Origin: Candidatus Methanomethylophilaceae archaeon
GTDB taxonomy: Bacteria > Bacillota_I > Bacilli_A > Erysipelotrichales > Erysipelotrichaceae
Assembly (NCBI GenBank): GCA_963593105.1
Contig: CAVBAX010000002.1
Span: 1 to 30,917 of the forward strand
Direction of reading: 5' to 3'
Length of the DNA: 30,917 bases
Shown here: positions 27,520-30,917 of the stretch, piece by piece
Layout: each line of letters begins with the position of its first letter
How positions within the stretch are numbered: position 1 is the first letter of the stretch
The notes under the pieces: model-generated
The model's input: only the letters and a program-made list of their open reading frames with translations
Told to the model about the DNA's origin: nothing
Databases searched by the model: none
Position numbers and translations under genes: made by a program

Positions 27520-28874
27520 CTAATAATATCCTCTATTGTGTTTAAGCCTTGATGAGTTGTAACCACAAGTACTGTATCGCCAATTTCCATTGTATCTTTA
27601 CCGCTTGGAATTATTAATTTATTGCCTCTTACAATTAAACAAATTAACAAATTATCTTTAGTCTTTAAACTCTCTAAAGAAGAACCTATTGATTTAGTTT
27701 TTTCTTTAATCTCAAAAGTCAAAGCCTCAGCCTTATCTGATAAAATACGATGCATAGTTTCCACTTCATTTTCACCAGAATTAGCCAAACCTCTAATATA
27801 GGCCACAATATTGTTTGCGGTAATGTTTTTAGGTGAAACCAAAGCACCAACATCCATATTATTTAAAACACCATCATAACTGATATGATTAACCTTAGTA
27901 ATTACCTTAGCCTTACTTACGGATTTCGCATATAAAGAAAGTAAAACATTTTCTTCATCAATACCAGTTAAACTAACAAAAGAATCACATTCTGGCAAGC
28001 CCTCTTCAATCAATACATTATCATCAGAAGCACAACTGTTGATAATACTAGCCTCAGGAAGCTCTTCAGCTAGATAATCACAGCGTTTAGGATCCATATC
28101 CATGATTGCTACATCAATATTTGACTTTTCCAAAATCTTAGCAAGATAAAAGGCTGTATTACTGCCACCAACAATCAAACAATTCTTAATAGGTGACTCA
28201 TAGATATCGATTCTATTTAAGAAATTAGTTGTAACACTAGGTGTTCCACAAACCGACACTTTATCGCCATCTAAGATAACAGTATCGCCTTTAGGAATAA
28301 TAGCTTCGCCTTTTCTTTCAATACCTACAAATAAAATATCATCATTGTGCATCTTCTTGATTTGGGCGATCGATTTATTAACAAGTTTCTTATTACCGTT
28401 AACCGCAAAAGAAATAAGTTCTATCTTACCCCTTAAAAAAGAATCAACTTTTAAGGCACTTGGCCATCTAATTAATCTAGATATCTCGCGAGCTGTAATC
28501 ATCTCTGGATTAATAGCCATCGTTAAACCTAGTTCATCCTTAATATAGTTAATTTCTGATGAATACATTGGATTTCTAACACGAGCAATAGTCTTTACAT
28601 TAGGATTTGCCTTTTTTGCGAATAAACAACATAATAAATTAACCTCATCGGCATTGGTTACCGCAATTAAAACATCACTAGACTCAATGCCAGCCTCTTG
28701 TAGAATAGATAGACTAGCACCTTCGCCAACTACGCCAATTGCGTCGATTGAATTAGAAGTACTCTCTACAATGTTTTGGTGCCTATCAATGACCACAACA
28801 TCATGTTTTTCCTTTGCGAGCTCTTTCGCAATATTTTTACCAACCTTACCACAACCAACAATAATAACTTTCAT
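27516..28874 (-). CDS. trkA: Trk potassium uptake NAD-binding regulator
   Basis: Two RCK modules (GCGKVG; TIARVRNP). Start revised to MKVII at 28874 (AAGGGGA SD). Confidence 0.95.
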   Translation of the reverse strand: MKVIIVGCGKVGKNIAKELAKEKHDVVVIDRHQNIVESTSNSIDAIGVVGEGASLSILQEAGIESSDVLIAVTNADEVNLLCCLFAKKANPNVKTIARVRNPMYSSEINYIKDELGLTMAINPEMITAREISRLIRWPSALKVDSFLRGKIELISFAVNGNKKLVNKSIAQIKKMHNDDILFVGIERKGEAIIPKGDTVILDGDKVSVCGTPSVTTNFLNRIDIYESPIKNCLIVGGSNTAFYLAKILEKSNIDVAIMDMDPKRCDYLAEELPEASIINSCASDDNVLIEEGLPECDSFVSLTGIDEENVLLSLYAKSVSKAKVITKVNHISYDGVLNNMDVGALVSPKNITANNIVAYIRGLANSGENEVETMHRILSDKAEALTFEIKEKTKSIGSSLESLKTKDNLLICLIVRGNKLIIPSGKDTMEIGDTVLVVTTHQGLNTIEDIIR

Positions 28875-28896
28875 AAAATCCCCTTTATGAGTCTCA

Positions 28897-30630
28897 TTAT
28901 ACTCTTTTATAAGCTTTAACTTCACTATATATAATATCTAAGCTTAAATCAAAGCATCCATTGGCTACACTTTTTACCTTGCAAAAGTCATAGGCAACAC
29001 CCACCTTTAAGCAATCCTTATCACATAAAAAACGATCATAATAGCCTTTGCCATAACCAATACGATTTAGTTTTTCATCAAAACATATTAAAGGACAAAT
29101 AATCAAATCAATATCATTGGTCTGTTGTCCAACAGGTTCCAATATATCATATTGATTAACAGCGAATTTATTATCTATAGGTACCACTGCCTTCATCTTA
29201 TAATCAGCTAAACATACTGGATAAGAAAATACTTTATCTTCTTTTTCTAACTCACTTAAATCAACCTCATTACCCTTGGCCTTATAAATCATGATATTTT
29301 TGGCATTTTTAAATTCAGTACTTTCCTTTATATTTAAACATATCTGATGAGATAAATCTTTTACCTCGTCTTTGCTTAGGCTATTAACCTTAGCCTTATA
29401 AGTTTTTCTAATATATTTCTTATAAGTTTTATAGATTTCACCACTTAAATATAAAGAACCACATGCCACTACATTATCACTTTTTAAAGCAAGTTCTATC
29501 GCCCCATATAAATCATCAATACATAAGGCATCTTTACCAAGTGATTTAATATAATTACAAATTATTTTGTTATCCAAAGCGCGATGATTATCTACCTTAA
29601 CACAAATAAACTTATCACCATATGACAAAAGGCAATCAATCATTTCCTTATAGTTTTTATCATCCAATATTCCTAATATAAAAGTAAACTTTCTATTTAA
29701 AGTATACAAATACTCACCTAGAGCCTTAGCACATTGACCATTATGAGCACCATCCACAATAAATAAAGGATTTAAAGAAAGTATCGACATTCTGGCATCC
29801 CAACTTGTACTATTTAAACCCTCTAATACATTAGCGCATGATATATTAAAACCCTTCTTATTAAGCAAAGTAATCAAATCAAGCACAACACAAGCGTTAT
29901 AGATTTGATGCCTTCCATTTAAAGACAACTTAATATTTTTATATTCTTTATAGTCGAAGTCATCACTTTCCTTAATCAAAGAAAAATCACTCACATATAA
30001 GTTTGCATGTCTATCAGCACATACTTTTTCATATACAGGTATTACTTCCTTTAAGTCATAGACAAGCACATCACCTTTTTCTTTGATAATACCAGCCTTT
30101 TCATAAGCAATCTTTTCTATAGTATCTCCAAGCAAGGCGGTATGTTCTAAACCAATATTCATAATTACAGATGCAAGGCTATTATTAATCACATTAGTAG
30201 CATCAAGCCTACCACCTAGTCCAACTTCTAAGACTACTACATCACATTTTTCTCTATAAAAATATAAAAAAGCCATACAAGTTAAAATTTCAAAAAACTT
30301 TGGCTTATAATTTAAAACTTCACATGCCTTTTTAACTTCATAAGTTAGGCTAACAAAATCATCATCACTTATGCATTTACCATTGATTAAAAAACGCTCA
30401 TTGTATTCAATTAAATGAGGTGAAATAAAAGTACCAACCTTATAACCTGCACATTTTAAAACACTTGAAGTCATGGCGCAAAAAGAACCCTTGCCATTAC
30501 TACCTGCAACATGAATTATTTTTAGCTTATCTTGTACATTGTCAAAATAAGCCATAAGTTCCCTCATTTTACTTACGCCATTCCATTTGTTTTCTTCAAT
30601 ATAGGCAATAGCTTCTTTTTTACTTAACAT
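28897..30630 (-). CDS. folC: Fusion of folylpolyglutamate synthase (FolC) and 5-formyltetrahydrofolate cyclo-ligase
   Basis: N-terminal HVAGSNGKGS, SPHL, EVGLGGRLDATNV, DGAHN, GSLYL. C-terminal KKYIRK..GNEVD..DLIICP..RIGYGKGYYDRFL. Confidence 0.9.
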   Translation of the reverse strand: MLSKKEAIAYIEENKWNGVSKMRELMAYFDNVQDKLKIIHVAGSNGKGSFCAMTSSVLKCAGYKVGTFISPHLIEYNERFLINGKCISDDDFVSLTYEVKKACEVLNYKPKFFEILTCMAFLYFYREKCDVVVLEVGLGGRLDATNVINNSLASVIMNIGLEHTALLGDTIEKIAYEKAGIIKEKGDVLVYDLKEVIPVYEKVCADRHANLYVSDFSLIKESDDFDYKEYKNIKLSLNGRHQIYNACVVLDLITLLNKKGFNISCANVLEGLNSTSWDARMSILSLNPLFIVDGAHNGQCAKALGEYLYTLNRKFTFILGILDDKNYKEMIDCLLSYGDKFICVKVDNHRALDNKIICNYIKSLGKDALCIDDLYGAIELALKSDNVVACGSLYLSGEIYKTYKKYIRKTYKAKVNSLSKDEVKDLSHQICLNIKESTEFKNAKNIMIYKAKGNEVDLSELEKEDKVFSYPVCLADYKMKAVVPIDNKFAVNQYDILEPVGQQTNDIDLIICPLICFDEKLNRIGYGKGYYDRFLCDKDCLKVGVAYDFCKVKSVANGCFDLSLDIIYSEVKAYKRV

Positions 30631-30917
30631 AATTTAATCTTTCAATATATTTAGAACCAATAAACAAAATTAATATTTCCACAACAAACATCACAACAGC
30701 TTGATAAAAACGCGTAATTAAAGTAGCCTTGAAAGATAAGTTATACATAATAGAAATAATAGTTGTATTAATTAACATACTTACAATAAATCTATTGACA
30801 AAACAAGCCATTAAAATATTTTTCTTATTTAACTCTTTTCTAAAAAAATAAGCATAAACAATGCCACTTAATACAGCTGTCAAAGATAGCAAAGGATTAT
30901 AAGGTCCTATTGGAAAC
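30620..30917 (-). CDS. folT: Folate ECF transporter S component (3' part, truncated by window)
   Basis: Frame open to the edge: FPIGPYNPLLSLTAVLSGIVYAYFF...LINT...R, matching the FolT pattern; adjacent to folC. Confidence 0.75.
   Translation of the reverse strand, partial: FPIGPYNPLLSLTAVLSGIVYAYFFRKELNKKNILMACFVNRFIVSMLINTTIISIMYNLSFKATLITRFYQAVVMFVVEILILFIGSKYIERLNYVK

Noticed and set aside
28345..28890. Plus-strand ORFs 28345-28548 and 28654-28890
   Set aside because: Antisense shadows of trkA.

Overview
AT-rich, gene-dense chromosomal window from a low-GC Firmicute (gene content suggests Erysipelotrichales-like; inference), with most genes on the minus strand. The left end holds a compact type VII secretion-like operon: two WXG100 genes, a 642-aa lipoprotein with a C-terminal Ig-like domain, and an ORF missing from the track that runs off the edge (possible EssC N-terminus). 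Next come a T-box-controlled aromatic amino acid ABC importer (specifier reads UUC/Phe), a heterodimeric ABC exporter, two MATE transporters, an SCA-motif P1B ATPase with a small partner gene, and an unlisted FakA-middle-domain pseudogene. The middle carries ispF, rpoE, a DUF4015-like glycoside hydrolase, an M18 aminopeptidase, four tRNAs (Ser-GCT, Gly-GCC, Asp-GTC, Arg-CCG) and dut. The right end has an esterase/ATP-grasp/esterase trio, nadK, trkAH, a FolC-5-formyl-THF cyclo-ligase fusion and a partial folT. No mobile element or CRISPR array was seen. Main oddities: the atypical T7SS operon, a GC-rich GGGGTTCGAACCCC palindrome recurring inside coding sequence, several apparently leaderless genes, and a tRNA wedged between two CDSs.
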